From contig NW_027271466.1 in the NCBI RefSeq assembly GCF_040938485.1, forward strand, positions 1,426,001 to 1,490,000: a stretch of 64,000 bases of DNA, written 5' to 3'. Position 1 is the first letter of the stretch. The number at the start of each line of letters is the position of its first letter. Both the position numbers and the translations under genes were made by a program. This DNA is from Diadema antillarum. Taxonomy: Eukaryota. The notes under the pieces are model-generated. The model did no database searches. It saw nothing but the letters and a program-made list of their open reading frames with translations, and was not told where the DNA came from. Of this stretch, positions 62,487-64,000 are shown piece after piece.

Positions 62487-63123
62487 ATGTTTGGATGGAA
62501 GAAGAAGAAGAAGGAGGCCAACAATAAGAGTGGCTCATCCCCCTCTGGCTTCCCGTCCCTCAACAACCTTCTGAAGGGTGGACCCAGGGCCAAGAAGTCC
62601 AACAAGAATGGCAAGACAGACGTCTACGTCGACGGCCAGACGTCTGGCAGCAGCTCCCCACTCTCCACCGCCACGGGCTCTCCGGCGTCGTTCATCCGTA
62701 ACGGCCCTGCTTCGCGCTCACCCAGCATGGAGTCCGGACGCATTACGTCCACCTACGTGCACTCGCTGCCCCCACCGGAATACACAGAGCACATTCCGCC
62801 GGATCACAGCTCCCTTCAACCCCTGTCGAGCACGCCGAATCATCCAACCCTCCGTGCCACGTACACGCCGCCCCCGGGGTATGGCGTCTTGAAGCAGGTC
62901 AGCCGACCGAACTCGGCAGTTTCCCGTTCCTCCTCCATCCCAGTCACCTCGTTTCGTGATGGGGAGGAATATGTGGATTTGGCTGGAAAGGCGGCAAACA
63001 GCACCCCGGGGCGCCAGGATAGGAGCGGTTATGCCAGCAAGGCTATTGAGGTGTGGTCGGAGGAGGAGGTGCTAAAATGGTTGAATGACAGCGATTTGGA
63101 GTATTTTGCTGACCTCTTTGATG
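62487..63123 (+). CDS. First coding exon of a gene with a disordered Ser/Pro-rich N-terminus, two PPxY motifs and the start of a SAM domain (3'-partial)
   Basis: MFGWKKKKKE...LPPPEY...PPPGY...IEVWSEEEVLKWLNDSDLEYFADLFD matches the SAM helix-1 pattern W(s)xxxVxxWLxxxxLxxY/FxxxF; donor G|GTGAGT at 63123/63124. Confidence 0.8.
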
Positions 63124-64000
63124 GTGAGTGTCTGATATCATTTGAAATGTTTAGATTTGTCTGATAATTTTGTCATGATTATGTCTGAAAGGAAAAAAAA
63201 AAAATTATGATTATTTCAGTATTTTTTCTTTCTAGTGCAATCATTCCCATCATGTTTTAAGTACACTAAAAAAGTTTTATTTTCATTTCATAGTTTGTTG
63301 TGGAATAGATGATATTATATTTGTGTTTTTTGTTGCTGATGCCGTGGGAAAGGAATACTGTCAGATGAAATCATCAGTGCATAATATACAAACATATAAT
63401 AACCTCCTGCAGATATCTGTGCACAGGCCATAAATGATAAAAATACAAGCATACACTTGTACATATCCTTGTAGGTCTGTGCTCTGTGTTGGTTAGTGTA
63501 CACACTGTATGGAGTATCATAAGATTCATGCATGAGCACACAAGGTCAAGTGTGTTGCTTACAATATGTAGGTGCCTGAAGTCCACAAGCATTGAAATTT
63601 ATATGACTGCCTTTGAATTATTGAAAAAAAAAATACATGTACCTCCACTACTGACAAATACAGTGTGGAGGTCTGTTAAATGTGTGAGGTCTATAAGAGC
63701 TTTGTGTGTGTGTGTGTCTGTTTTGTATGTTCAGTTTAGCAATTCATTTGACAGAATGAAATATTATTTATTAAGCTGTGCAAAGTTGGATACTTTTGAA
63801 ATACTATGTATCTCTGCTTTACTTCAAGGGCAATATAGAGCATGTTTTCAAAAGAAAAAAAAAGAAGGAAGATAGAGCTATTTCCAGCAAGTACAATCAA
63901 CCAAAAATAAAGCTCTCCCGTCTATGACCCAATCCATGTCCAGTATCCACAACTGTAATACTGACTCAAATAAAATGTTTATGTTATCATTATTACTGAT

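Overview
AT-rich eukaryotic (metazoan) genomic DNA with spliceosomal introns, microsatellites, one assembly gap and dense transposon content. The repeat style suggests a marine invertebrate, possibly an echinoderm (inference only). Main content: (1) the 5' part of a young Ty3/Gypsy LTR retrotransposon on the minus strand (about 900-bp LTR, tRNA-Leu PBS, uninterrupted 894-codon gag-protease-RT ORF running off the window start); (2) a complete 11-12 coding-exon plus-strand gene (31012-48964) for an uncharacterised protein of about 755 aa, with RPx[ST] repeats, a Pro/Glu/Lys-rich middle and a C-terminal EF-hand region, including a candidate 9-nt microexon; (3) the 5' end of a second plus-strand gene encoding PPxY motifs and the start of a SAM domain; (4) many non-autonomous DNA elements: two large foldback elements with modular tandem TIRs (3.0 and 5.4 kb), piggyBac-, MuDR-, Merlin-, hAT- and TA-type MITEs and a Helentron-type HINE; (5) a small TIR element carrying a minimal hammerhead-ribozyme motif. 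All calls were made by manual reading and translation; no database searches were run.
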